Of a stretch of DNA of 64,000 nt, positions 9,691-37,266 are shown piece after piece. Below the pieces are notes generated by a model. That model had not been told where the DNA came from, made no database searches, and saw nothing but the letters and a program-made list of their open reading frames with translations. Position 1 is the first letter of the stretch. Each line of letters begins with the position of its first letter. This DNA comes from Myxococcota bacterium. GTDB lineage: Bacteria > Myxococcota_A > UBA9042. The stretch covers positions 8,143-72,142 of the forward strand of contig CAXNCS010000006.1 of NCBI GenBank assembly GCA_964201005.1, read 5' to 3'. The position numbers and the translations under genes are program-made.

Positions 9691-9945
9691 GGTCAATCGC
9701 TCCGTAGGCAGGCTAGCGGCGGTCAGGCTCGACCCAGCCGCGCGGCCGGGAATATAGGATGGCCCCCCAGTAACGCAAGGGCCCACCCGCACAAATCCGG
9801 GGCCTCGCCGGGCTATTCCCCGCGGCAGGTCCAATTGGCGGTCCGCGATAGTGCCGCAACGCTGTCGAGCGCCCAAGACCGGCCTGAAGGTCAACCGCGC
9901 TTTCGGGACTTGTGCCGGCGATCGCCCTCGCCTACCCTTGCGGCC

Positions 9946-10677
9946 ATGAAGTTGCTCACCCTCGATTATCTCCACGTCTTTTCACCGCCCCTAGCCCAGG
10001 TCGACATGGACCCGCTGACCGCCGCCGTGCAGTCCCGCGGCATGGTCTTGCTGGTGCTCGTGACCCTGGTGCTCCTTTCCGTCGCGAGCTGGGTGGTCGT
10101 GGGCAGCCGCGCCTGGGCCCTGCGCAACCTGCGGAGAGAGACCGCGGTGTTTCGCACCCAGTTTAGCGAGCTGGTCAAGACCCAAGATCTGGGGATGGTG
10201 GCTGAGCAATTGGCCAAGCGTTATCTGAGCTTGCCGCACACTCGCCTGCTCGCCGCCGTGCTCAAAGAGCTCACCCAGCTAGAAGCGGCGGGCTCGCTGC
10301 GCGAAGAAGACCTGTCGAGCATTGAGCGGGCTCTCAAGCGCACCGCGGAGCCGTTGGTCGATGATCTGGAGTCGGGGCTGCAGCTTTTGGCGACCACCGC
10401 GACCGTCGCGCCGTTCATCGGACTCTTTGGCACGGTGTGGGGCATCATGGGGGCGTTTGGCGGTCTGGCCGACAGCGGCACGATCTTGCAGTCCGTAGCG
10501 CCGCACATCGCCCAGGCCTTGATCGCCACCGCGGTCGGTCTGCTCGCGGCCATTCCCGCCTCGGTGGCCTACAACAGCCTGGGCCGGGTGGTTCGGCGCT
10601 TGGTGACCGATCTCGACGGTTTTGGCGAAGAGCTGCTGATCCTGGTGCGGCGGAGGCACTTGCGCGCCAAGGACTAG
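9946..10677 (+). CDS. MotA/TolQ/ExbB-family proton channel
   Basis: Within ORF 9508..10677. Motifs: MVLLVLVTLVLLSVASWVVVGSRAW (TM1) and LATTATVAPFIGLFGTVWGIMGAFGGLA (the signature TolQ/ExbB helix pair). The start is ATG 9946 (MKLLTLDYL) or ATG 10006 (MDPLTAAV); the upstream part of the listed ORF is antisense junk. Confidence 0.85.
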   Translation: MKLLTLDYLHVFSPPLAQVDMDPLTAAVQSRGMVLLVLVTLVLLSVASWVVVGSRAWALRNLRRETAVFRTQFSELVKTQDLGMVAEQLAKRYLSLPHTRLLAAVLKELTQLEAAGSLREEDLSSIERALKRTAEPLVDDLESGLQLLATTATVAPFIGLFGTVWGIMGAFGGLADSGTILQSVAPHIAQALIATAVGLLAAIPASVAYNSLGRVVRRLVTDLDGFGEELLILVRRRHLRAKD

Positions 10678-10828
10678 CCGTTGGTGCTCAGCCGCCGGCC
10701 AGTTTTGGCCCTGGACGCGGCGAATTTGGCCCTTGCCCCAGGTCGCCATTGGGCGCCCACAGTGTGAATTGAACGGCACGATCTGCGGCCACCGCGGAAT
10801 TGAGCCATGAGCGAGTGAGGAGGCCGGC

Positions 10829-11374
10829 GTGGGCATGGGAGCTTCAGGCGGCGGGGGACGCGGGCGCATCGCCAAGGGCACGCTTTCGGACATCAACGTC
10901 ACGCCGCTGGTCGATGTGATGCTGGTGCTGTTGGTGATCTTCATGGTCGCCAGCGCCGTGGAGACCGCGCGAATCTCCAGAGAGGCCGAGACGCTGCGCC
11001 AGACCGTCACTGAAGAGGCCGCGGCGCGCCAGGCCACCGATGAGAACCAGGTGCCGGTCGACCTGCCCAAAGTCAAGGCAGACAAAGTCAATTTGCAGGC
11101 CAAGTCCGCCAAACCCGTGGTGACCTTTGACGGCGATCGCAAGATCTTTCTCGACAAGGACCTGCTGATCGACTGCCGGGGCAAGGCCGTCGAGTCTTGC
11201 CTGGACGGCTTTGAGGCGGCGCTGTCCAAGAATGCCCGCGGTCAAGGCCTGCGCGACGCCAACCTGCGCGCCGATCGCCGCCTGGACTACGGCTTGGTGC
11301 TGGCGCTCATGGCGCGCATGCGCCGTGCCGGGATTGAGCATTTTGGCCTTGTGACCGAAGAGCCGGGAGGTTAG
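10829..11374 (+). CDS. ExbD/TolR-family biopolymer transport protein
   Basis: 181-aa ORF with the hallmark INVTPLVDVMLVLLVIFMV. A strong RBS (GAGGAGG) sits 7 nt upstream of the GTG at 10829. Confidence 0.85.
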   Translation: MGMGASGGGGRGRIAKGTLSDINVTPLVDVMLVLLVIFMVASAVETARISREAETLRQTVTEEAAARQATDENQVPVDLPKVKADKVNLQAKSAKPVVTFDGDRKIFLDKDLLIDCRGKAVESCLDGFEAALSKNARGQGLRDANLRADRRLDYGLVLALMARMRRAGIEHFGLVTEEPGG

Positions 11375-11378
11375 CCCC

Positions 11379-12245
11379 TTGGCCAGCGCAGCCCATGTAG
11401 GCATGACCAGAGGAGATCTGCTGATCGGCGGCGTCGTTGCTGCGGCGGTCCACGTCGCCTTGGGCGCAGGGCTGTGGCTGGCACCGGCGCAAGAGGCCCC
11501 GCAGGCAGAGAGCAACGACCCCAACAGCGACGGCTGCGCGGCGGTGGTGAGCCCCGCGTGCGTCGGTTTGGGGGTGGGTCCCACGCCGTCAGAGAGCGTC
11601 GAGCGCCACCGCGCGGTGGAGGATCGCCGCTGTCCGGAGCCATTGCGCCGCGGCCTTCGCCGCGATCCCGAGTCGCCGCCAGCGGTTGCGGTCGATCTGC
11701 TGCAAGCTGAGCTGGTGGCCGCCCTGGGGGTAGAGACCGGCACGCGCAGTGAGCCCAAGGTGGTGCAAAAGCTCGAGGTGGCCAAGCCCAAGCTGGCAGA
11801 AGCCATCGGCGACGACACCAAGCTCGGCGACATGCTGAAGGAAGGCGCGGACTCCGACGCAAAGAAGAAGAAGCTCGGCGATATCCTCGGCCGGCCGGAC
11901 GGCAAAGTCGGCGGCGAGGGCAAGGTCAACATGCCCGGATCGGCCTACGTGCGCGAAGTCAAAACCGCCGTGACGGCTAACTTTTCTCTGCCCGCGTCCC
12001 TGCCTCCGTGGGAAGCCGCGGGGCTGATCGCCAAGGTTCGCGTCACCCGCATGACCGCGAGCGGCGGCGTGTTGGAGTGGCGTCTAGATAAGTCCAGTGG
12101 AAATGATGCGTTTGACGGGGCGGTCCGCGCTCTCATGAACGGTTACAAGTCTGGCAGCCGCTCCCTGCCTGAACCGCCGCCGCATATCCTAGAAGAGATC
12201 AACTCGCGCGGCTTCGTCATTGAACTGCGCGGAGGCAAAGGGTAA
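11379..12245 (+). CDS. TolA/TonB-like energy-transducer protein (N-terminal TM anchor, C-terminal TonB_C/TolA-like domain)
   Basis: N-terminal anchor LLIGGVVAAAVHVALGAGLWL. Charged linker. C-terminal motif LEWRLDKSSGNDAFDGAVRALMNGYKSGSRSLPEPPP resembles TolA/TonB C-terminal domains. A GGGAGG RBS precedes the TTG at 11379. An alternative ATG lies at 11403. Confidence 0.65.
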   Translation: MASAAHVGMTRGDLLIGGVVAAAVHVALGAGLWLAPAQEAPQAESNDPNSDGCAAVVSPACVGLGVGPTPSESVERHRAVEDRRCPEPLRRGLRRDPESPPAVAVDLLQAELVAALGVETGTRSEPKVVQKLEVAKPKLAEAIGDDTKLGDMLKEGADSDAKKKKLGDILGRPDGKVGGEGKVNMPGSAYVREVKTAVTANFSLPASLPPWEAAGLIAKVRVTRMTASGGVLEWRLDKSSGNDAFDGAVRALMNGYKSGSRSLPEPPPHILEEINSRGFVIELRGGKG

Positions 12246-12320
12246 CTCCCAGGTTGGCGCTTGCCCCGGCGGCTCGATCAGCTGGCGATTGCCCGCGGAG
12301 AGCTGCTGGTGCTAGGCCGC

Positions 12321-12824
12321 TTATCGGTTCAGCGCCCCGTGGAACAGCGGAACCGCCTGAGGGCGGAAAGGCGGGAGCCAGCGCGGAGCTTCGGCGGCAT
12401 CTGCCCCGTCCTGAATCTGCAGCAGCGACCCCTGCAGATGGCGGGTCAACCGCAGGCGCCGCGGGGCACTGCCACCCGCCAGCTCTAGCAGACCCGAGCG
12501 ATCGGCGTCGACATAAGTCCAGCTCTGCAAACTGAATCCGCCGCGCAAGCTGCGTTTGGCGCTGATGGCTCGGCGCAGCTCGGCGACCGACTTCTCAAAC
12601 GGCTGGTCGGAAATCAGCCACAGCTCCAGGCCGCCATCCGGGCTGCGAAGCACGTGGCGACCTGTGACCGGCGCCAGCAGCTCCTGTGCCGCGGCCTCCA
12701 GCTCCGTGCGCGGGGCGAGCGCCGCAGCCGGATCGGCCGAGGCGTTTTGCGGCGCGATCCCTGCCCCAACCGCCATCACAACCGCTGCTGAAGCCATCGC
12801 CCTGAACCGTTGCACTGCGCCCAT
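12321..12824 (-). CDS. Small secreted hypothetical protein
   Basis: 167-aa ORF. Its signal-peptide-like N-terminus MGAVQRFRAMASAAVVMAVGAGIAPQNASA has normal composition, unlike the overlapping 5' part of + ORF 12556. Confidence 0.45.
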   Translation of the reverse strand: MGAVQRFRAMASAAVVMAVGAGIAPQNASADPAAALAPRTELEAAAQELLAPVTGRHVLRSPDGGLELWLISDQPFEKSVAELRRAISAKRSLRGGFSLQSWTYVDADRSGLLELAGGSAPRRLRLTRHLQGSLLQIQDGADAAEAPRWLPPFRPQAVPLFHGALNR

Positions 12825-13041
12825 GCTCCCTCCATTTGCCGTCTTTGCAGTGTATCAGCACGGCGTTAGCGACGCCACCGATCGGCCAGCCGGCCAAGGC
12901 GCGAAAAGCACGCACATTTATCGCCTTGACGGGTTCTTGCCGCCCGACTATCATGCGGCGCTCGGCGGAGGACGTCCCCCCGCCACGCGCTTTGTTTTGA
13001 GTTCCCACGGCAGCTCTGGTTTGTCTGCCGGCAGGTTGACC

Positions 13042-14970
13042 ATGACCCTTCGCCTCTTTGCCTCCCGCACCGCCGCTCGCGTCACCGCCAAAGCCGCCCT
13101 TGCTGGCCTGCTCGTCGCCGCAGCGGCACCGCTGGCGGGTTGCGAAAAGGGTGAGAAATCATGCCGCTACTACAGCATGGTCATGGTGGCCAAGGGCGCC
13201 AACCTCAAGAAGAAGTCCCAGCAGCTGGAGATCATCAAGAGCCTGCCGATGAAAGAGCAGCTCAAGTGCGATGATCCGGCGGTGTTTGAGCGCTTTGCCC
13301 AGACCATGGAGACCAAGGAGCTGCGTCCTCAGGTCGTCGCTACCGTGGAAAACGTCGGCCGCGCGAGCAAGAGTCTGCGGGCCAAGTCAGAGAAATTGCT
13401 GGTCAAAGCCCTGGCGACGGAAGACACCGCCGGTCAGGCCGCTCAGACCATTCGCACCTGGCGCATTGAGACCGCGGAGTCCGGCCGCGATCCGTGGTTC
13501 CCGTCTGAAGAGACCACCAAGGCCTTGGCCGATTGGCTCAAGAAGTACAAGAAGGAGACCCGCGCGGCCCTGGTGGAAGCGCTGTTTGTCTCGCTGGCCG
13601 ACAACGCCGCCCGCACCAAGTACGAGGATCTTCTCATTGAGCTGGCGGCGACCGATCCCGGCGAGCAGGGCCTGGAAACCAACCTCAAGGCGCTGGCTTA
13701 CTTGACGGAGATGTACCGCGCCGAGCCCGGCAAGCCCAAGGTGATCAAGGACGAGGCGTTTGATGCCTTTGTGAAGTCGCTCTACACCCGCGATGCGGTG
13801 CGAGCAGAGACCTTCATGGCCGGCCGTCTCGCCCTGGCCAACATCGACCCGGCCAAAGCCGCCAAGAAGCTGCAGGCCATGTACACTCAGAAAGACCCCG
13901 AGTTTGAGAAGTGGGCCAAAGAGTACGGCTTGGCCGACTGGGAATGGAAAGAGGGCCCCAAGGCGATCCAGATCCTGTCGGACCTCCACGACCCGTCGAC
14001 CGCGGCGGATCTGGTGGCGGCGGTGAGCAAGGCTGTTGACGCCGAGACTGCGCCTGCGGATTACGCCATCAAGAACAAGCAGTTGCCCTGGCAGTCCTAC
14101 ATCATGAGCCGGGTGCAGATGACCATGTGGGCGCTGGCCAGCATGGGCGAGGGCCTAGCGCCGGTGGCGGACGCGATCGGCGAGGTGGCCAAGGCCCGCG
14201 GCCTGACCGTTGAGCAGCGCACGTTGCCGTTTATCGCGCTGTCGATCGCCGGCCCCAGCAACGGTTGGGCGTCGATGCTCAAGGCCTATGAGGGCATCGT
14301 CGACAACGAGAAGCCGGACTTCCTGACGCCGCTGTCGTACATGGTCGAGCCGGAGAATATGGACGAGTGGACCGCCAAGATCGCCGCGTCCAAGGCGGAA
14401 GGCGTGCAAAAAGGCCTGGCCGACGCGGTGCTCAAGGCGCGCCTCAACGTGACGATCGAGTGCAAGAAGGGCTACGACGCCGCCACCGACGACGCGGGCA
14501 AAACTGCAGCGCTGGTCGCGTGTTACAAGGGCTTCCTGAACACGGGCGACGACACGGCCAAAGAGAAAGCGGCGGTCGGCCTCTACCACCTCGGCGTGCG
14601 CAAGGGCGCGGAAGTGCTGCCGCTGCTGGCTGAAGCGCTCAATAAGGCTCCGGCGACATCGACGACTCTGCGGCAGATCATCGTCTCGGCCTTTAAGGGC
14701 CTGGCCAAGCCGCAGCACAGTCAGCTGGTGTACAACCTCAAGGAAGCTCAGGTCGCCGTGCCCAACGCTCAGAGCTGGATCTGGGACCTGGAAGTCCTGA
14801 CTTCGCAGCTGCTGCAGAAGGCCGGCGCTGTGGCAGTGGGCAATATTCCCGCGGTCGGATCGCAGGTTGCGCCAGACAAGGCTGCGGACAAAGCCGCCGC
14901 CCCTGCCGCTCCGGCTGCAGCCCCTGCCGCTCCGGCAGCGGCTCCGGCCGCCCCGGCCGCGGCCCCCTGA
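13042..14970 (+). CDS. Helical-repeat (HEAT/ARM-like) lipoprotein with Ala/Pro-rich tail
   Basis: In frame with ORF 12556..14970. The plausible start is ATG 13042: MTLRLFASRTAARVTAKAALAGLLVAAAAPLAGC (lipobox LAGC). The body is mostly helical, K/E/A/L-rich sequence. It ends in AAPAAPAAAPAAPAAAPAAPAAAP. Confidence 0.65.
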   Translation: MTLRLFASRTAARVTAKAALAGLLVAAAAPLAGCEKGEKSCRYYSMVMVAKGANLKKKSQQLEIIKSLPMKEQLKCDDPAVFERFAQTMETKELRPQVVATVENVGRASKSLRAKSEKLLVKALATEDTAGQAAQTIRTWRIETAESGRDPWFPSEETTKALADWLKKYKKETRAALVEALFVSLADNAARTKYEDLLIELAATDPGEQGLETNLKALAYLTEMYRAEPGKPKVIKDEAFDAFVKSLYTRDAVRAETFMAGRLALANIDPAKAAKKLQAMYTQKDPEFEKWAKEYGLADWEWKEGPKAIQILSDLHDPSTAADLVAAVSKAVDAETAPADYAIKNKQLPWQSYIMSRVQMTMWALASMGEGLAPVADAIGEVAKARGLTVEQRTLPFIALSIAGPSNGWASMLKAYEGIVDNEKPDFLTPLSYMVEPENMDEWTAKIAASKAEGVQKGLADAVLKARLNVTIECKKGYDAATDDAGKTAALVACYKGFLNTGDDTAKEKAAVGLYHLGVRKGAEVLPLLAEALNKAPATSTTLRQIIVSAFKGLAKPQHSQLVYNLKEAQVAVPNAQSWIWDLEVLTSQLLQKAGAVAVGNIPAVGSQVAPDKAADKAAAPAAPAAAPAAPAAAPAAPAAAP

Positions 14971-15116
14971 AAATAAGTTCGGCTTTTTTCATCGGCCGCC
15001 GCGGTTTTTTCCGGCAGCCGGCGATAACTCTCTTGGCCCCCATCTCGGGGTCCGCGGGGCGCAAGCCCGGGAGAGAAGCTGTGCAAAGCTACCCAAAAAT
15101 CGGACAATGCTTAGCG

Positions 15117-15797
15117 ATGATCGGGGTTTTGGCGCTGGTTGGCTGCGGCCTAGAGGCGCCGCCGCGGCGAACCCTCCACCCAGACAACGCGGTCCAGGCG
15201 ATCACAAGCGATCCTAAGGCGGCGGCGGCGATCAACGGCGGGGCCGGTGATCTGCCGCCGTGCCTGCCCGTGCTCAGCGGCGAGCTGGTGATCAATGAAC
15301 TGCTGGCGCGACCGGCGGGCCTGGACATCGACGGCGACGGCCAATCCAACCTGCGCGACGAGGCCATCGAGATCCGCTTGCTGGCCGCCGAGCCGCGGCA
15401 CCTGGACGGCGTGGCCCTGGCGGTCGGCGGCCAGCCGCGCGGGGCCATCGCCGACCCGCGCTGCCACGCGCCGGGCACGCTGTTCCTGCTGGTGGGGGCC
15501 ACAGCGGCCTCCCCTGCGCTCCAGAGCGGTGCGGAGGTGGTACACCTGAGCGGGCAGCTGTCCCTGCGCGATGACGGTGCCCAGCTGCGCCTGACGGGCA
15601 GGGCGGAGTCCGTGATCGACCAGCTCAGCTACCCCGCGGCCCCCGCCGGTCGCTCGCAAGTGCGGGCGCACGACAGTGACCCCTGGGCGCCCTTGGAGGC
15701 CCACCCCGACACCCCCGGCGGCGCGCCGCACTCGCTGGGGCAGTGTCCGGACGGCGCCGCAGCCCCCAGCTGCTGGCCCAGCGCAGAGCCGGGCTGA
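15117..15797 (+). CDS. Lamin-tail-domain (LTD) lipoprotein
   Basis: Start at MIGVLALVGCG (lipobox) within ORF 15033..15797. LTD-like motif: LVINELLARPAGLDIDGDGQSNLRDEAIEIRL. Confidence 0.6.
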   Translation: MIGVLALVGCGLEAPPRRTLHPDNAVQAITSDPKAAAAINGGAGDLPPCLPVLSGELVINELLARPAGLDIDGDGQSNLRDEAIEIRLLAAEPRHLDGVALAVGGQPRGAIADPRCHAPGTLFLLVGATAASPALQSGAEVVHLSGQLSLRDDGAQLRLTGRAESVIDQLSYPAAPAGRSQVRAHDSDPWAPLEAHPDTPGGAPHSLGQCPDGAAAPSCWPSAEPG

Positions 15798-15927
15798 CCC
15801 ACCGCTGCTAGGCCGGGGAAGGCTCGGCAGTGCGATGGACGGGGCAAAGCCCTTCCTGCCAGCGCCTGGCTGGCCGGACCTTGCGCTGCCGGCCTTCCTG
15901 CGGTACATCAGCCGCGGAGGTCCGCCA

Positions 15928-16521
15928 ATGACAAACGCGCAATCCGGGGCGATGGCTGAGCAGCTGCAGCAGGCAGAGCGACGCCTCCGCGAAACGACTC
16001 AAGCGATCACCCAGCTGCTCACCGCGGACCTGTTCGGCTATGCCGAGCGAGAACTGCGCCGGCGGTTTGTCGACAGTGAGAGCGCCGATCTGCTCAGCGA
16101 CAGCGATCTTCTGCAGTTGCGCGACGCTGCGCGGTCCGTGGGCAAGCAGATGGCCCAGAGGGTGGAGCGCGAACTCGCGTGGCCTGGGCCGTGGACTTTG
16201 TCCGTCGCGGACAGCGCAGGCGATCCCGGTGAGGCTCGCCGGACGCTGCGCGACCTGCCGCTGGTGTGGGCCGCGGTCGCCGCAGTGGACCCGCTGGTGG
16301 AGCAGTTGGCCGCCCAGTACCACCTGCCCGCAGATGAGCGGCAGCCCGCGGGATATGCCCCGCCCGCGCGGTTCATCGACCGGGCCCATCTTCCGGCCTT
16401 GACGGATCAGCTGTTTCGGCAGATGCGCGAACTGGAGCAGGTCCGCGGCAAGGTGGACGCCGAGTCGGCGGAGTCGCGGCGCCGTCGCCGGGCAGAGCGC
16501 TGGGCTGCGCCGCAAGAGTAG
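15928..16521 (+). CDS. Hypothetical protein (soluble, helical, acidic/basic)
   Basis: In frame with ORF 15676..16521. ATG 15928 (MTNAQSGAMAEQLQQAERRL) is preceded by GGAGG 8 nt upstream. I recognised no family motifs. Confidence 0.5.
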   Translation: MTNAQSGAMAEQLQQAERRLRETTQAITQLLTADLFGYAERELRRRFVDSESADLLSDSDLLQLRDAARSVGKQMAQRVERELAWPGPWTLSVADSAGDPGEARRTLRDLPLVWAAVAAVDPLVEQLAAQYHLPADERQPAGYAPPARFIDRAHLPALTDQLFRQMRELEQVRGKVDAESAESRRRRRAERWAAPQE

Positions 16522-16538
16522 CCGCAGCAAGGGACCCC

Positions 16539-17546
16539 ATGGCCAAAGCCCCTTCAACCTGGCAGGAATTCCAGGTGTTCTGGCTCGACGACGCCGCCAA
16601 GCGCCGCCAGTTGCTGCTTTTGTGGCTGGCGATCGCCGCAGCTCTGGCGGGTACCCAGTGGTTCCGTCTTGAAAAAGACCTTGCCTCTGCCGATCAGCGC
16701 GTGGCACCCGCCGCGGAGGTGGCCTATGTCGCCCCGGTAGCGGTGATGCGCATCGCGAGCCTGGGCAACCAGGGTTTCCTCGCCGACCTGATCTTCTTGC
16801 GCGCCGCCCACTATTTTGTCGACCACTTGATCAGCGACAGCCGCTTGCCGTGGCTCGATCTCTACCTAGAAGCGCTGTGGGGCCTGGACGCCCACAACCG
16901 CCAGAGCTATCGCTGGGGCAGCCAGGTCGTCAAGTTTGGCCAGCGCATTGACGACTCCGTAGCCCGCCGCGCCAACCACTTTGCCCGCTTGGGCGTCGAG
17001 TATTTTCCCTCGGACGCCTGGCTCTACCACGAAATCGCCTTTAACCTTCGCTACGACGTCGTTGGCAAGGACGCGGCCGAGCAAAAGCACCTGCGCGAAC
17101 TGGCCCTCAAGTACCTGGAGTTGGCCTACTCGTTCCCGGGGTTCACCTTTGATCCCGCGTATTTGGTGATGCAGTACAGCCGATCAGGTTTTGGCGATGA
17201 CAGCGTCCGCGCCGCGCTGGCGACCTACTCGCAGGCGACCCAGGAGCAGCGCCTGACCCTGCGCGCCCTGCTGGTGGAGCGCGACAAAGCCTCTCTGGCA
17301 GGGCAGTTGTCGTGGCTAGAACTGGTGCGCCAGCGCGACTGGCCGTACGCCGGTGCGACTTTGCCGCTGTGGCTCGGGCCGCGCACCCTGGCGGCTCCGC
17401 CCCTGCAGGCCCACCGCCCAGAGGGCTATCTGCGCCCCATGCCCACGCCCGCAGAGCTCGCCAATCAGTACGACACCGCGACCATTCAGCCCCTGGGCGA
17501 CGACGGTTGGCGCGCCGATGAGCTGGCCGGCCGCGATCTGCCGTAA
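16539..17546 (+). CDS. Hypothetical membrane-anchored protein
   Basis: 335-aa ORF of normal composition with one N-terminal TM helix (LLLLWLAIAAALAGTQWF). I recognised no family motifs. Confidence 0.55.
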   Translation: MAKAPSTWQEFQVFWLDDAAKRRQLLLLWLAIAAALAGTQWFRLEKDLASADQRVAPAAEVAYVAPVAVMRIASLGNQGFLADLIFLRAAHYFVDHLISDSRLPWLDLYLEALWGLDAHNRQSYRWGSQVVKFGQRIDDSVARRANHFARLGVEYFPSDAWLYHEIAFNLRYDVVGKDAAEQKHLRELALKYLELAYSFPGFTFDPAYLVMQYSRSGFGDDSVRAALATYSQATQEQRLTLRALLVERDKASLAGQLSWLELVRQRDWPYAGATLPLWLGPRTLAAPPLQAHRPEGYLRPMPTPAELANQYDTATIQPLGDDGWRADELAGRDLP

Positions 17547-17629
17547 GCCCCTGTGCGGCCGCCCGACGGCCCGGCTTTGATCCGCCAGCTTCGCAATTGC
17601 AGCCGGCCGCGCCTGGGGTAGCCGCCATA

Positions 17630-17683
17630 GACAAGCGCTATTGGCGTCAGCACCGCGGGGCGCTGATGTCAATAGCGCTTGTC
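17630..17683. other. Long imperfect inverted repeat (22-nt arms, about 10-nt loop) between gene 16539..17546 and tRNA-Pro
   Basis: Left arm gacaagcgctattggcgtcagc (17630-17651); right arm gctgatgtcaatagcgcttgtc (17662-17683). The two mismatches become G-U pairs in a + strand RNA. There is no flanking U-tract. Confidence 0.6.
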
Positions 17684-17699
17684 AATTAGGTGATTCGGG

Positions 17700-17773
17700 T
17701 CGGGGAGACAGGATTTGAACCTGCGACATTCTGCTCCCAAAGCAGATGCGCTACCAGACTGCGCTACTCCCCG
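17700..17773 (-). tRNA. tRNA-Pro (anticodon UGG)
   Basis: The reverse complement reads CGGGGAG TA GCGC AGTCTGGTA GCGC A TCTGC TTTGGGA GCAGA ATGTC GCAGG TTCAAAT CCTGT CTCCCCG A. This is a complete cloverleaf with anticodon loop TT-TGG-GA. CCA is not encoded; CCC follows instead. Confidence 0.9.
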
Positions 17774-17983
17774 AAACGGTCTGCCGCCGAAGATGGGCGG
17801 ACCTTCGGCGGCGACCGGGGCGTAGATTGGCGGTTTTGCGCCCGCCAGTCAAGACCCCGAAGAGCTCAAGGGTTGCGGCGCTGCAGGTCCAGAGGCGGAT
17901 CCTTGACCTGAATCCTCACGCCGAACCCAAGCGCCCCTTCCGCCATCCCGATCGTCCTGGGAGCGGCGGAAGGAGCGGGCAAG

Positions 17984-36667
<18,684 letters not shown>

Positions 36668-37266
36668 CCTCTCAACGACGGGCCCTGGGGGCGATCTCTT
36701 GGCCGAACCGGTAGACGGTGCCGGAAAAGGCGCTGGGGTCAGCGCTGCTTCTGGCAGCCGGGTGGCGTTCGGTTGGGCAAGGGTCGGTCCCAGGGGAGCT
36801 CCTTCGTATCGGCCTTGTTGCCTCGGGCCTCAGCCAGACTCCGCCTAGATCCCCGCTCGACGCGCGCGGTGGCCAAGCCACGCGATCGGAGGGAGGCGGT
36901 TGCTGGGTCCGAGGCCTGCGGGAGAATTCAGGCCTCGGGATACAGGGTGCGTCGCAGGGGGTCGCGACCGACGCTTGGACGGCAGTTGGGGCGGGAATCG
37001 CGGCCGACCTGGGGAAGGACAGCTGGATTGGCGGCCTTGGGGGAGGCTCGCAACCCGTTGATTCCCGTCGATCCTGCCCATTGCGGAGCAGAATCACCAA
37101 CACGACCGGTGGATCAGACCGGCCAAAAAGGCCGCCCCGTCCGCTTGGAACGAGTCGGGCCCTCCATACTGCACCCTAACAAAGCAAGGTTGGGAAGGCA
37201 AGAATCGCTTGAGCGACCGACGCGAAACTGCGCAGCGCTGGGCGACGGCGCATGCGGTGGCGGCGC

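Noticed and set aside
9691-9975. Upstream 95-codon extension of the redox-fusion ORF (start at 9975)
   Set aside because: The extension (MEIIEGEQLHGRKGRRGRSPAQ...) is Arg/Gly-rich and would run into the divergent tolQ-like promoter region. A clean ATG at 9690 precedes the Pro-rich leader and the first TM helix.
10279-11932. Minus-strand ORFs 10279..11229 and 10844..11932
   Set aside because: They are antisense to the tolQ/tolR/tolA-like genes, which carry unmistakable family signatures on the + strand.
15150-16707. Minus-strand ORFs 15150..15908 and 15808..16707
   Set aside because: They have Arg/Gly/Pro-rich composition and overlap better-supported + strand genes.
17547-17983. tRNA-Pro as an integration site, making the giant gene part of a genomic island
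   Set aside because: No integrase, transposase or phage genes occur anywhere in the window. I noticed no direct repeat of the tRNA 3' half. The giant gene shows no obvious compositional break from its neighbours by eye. A k-mer or GC-profile computation would be needed to exclude this fully.
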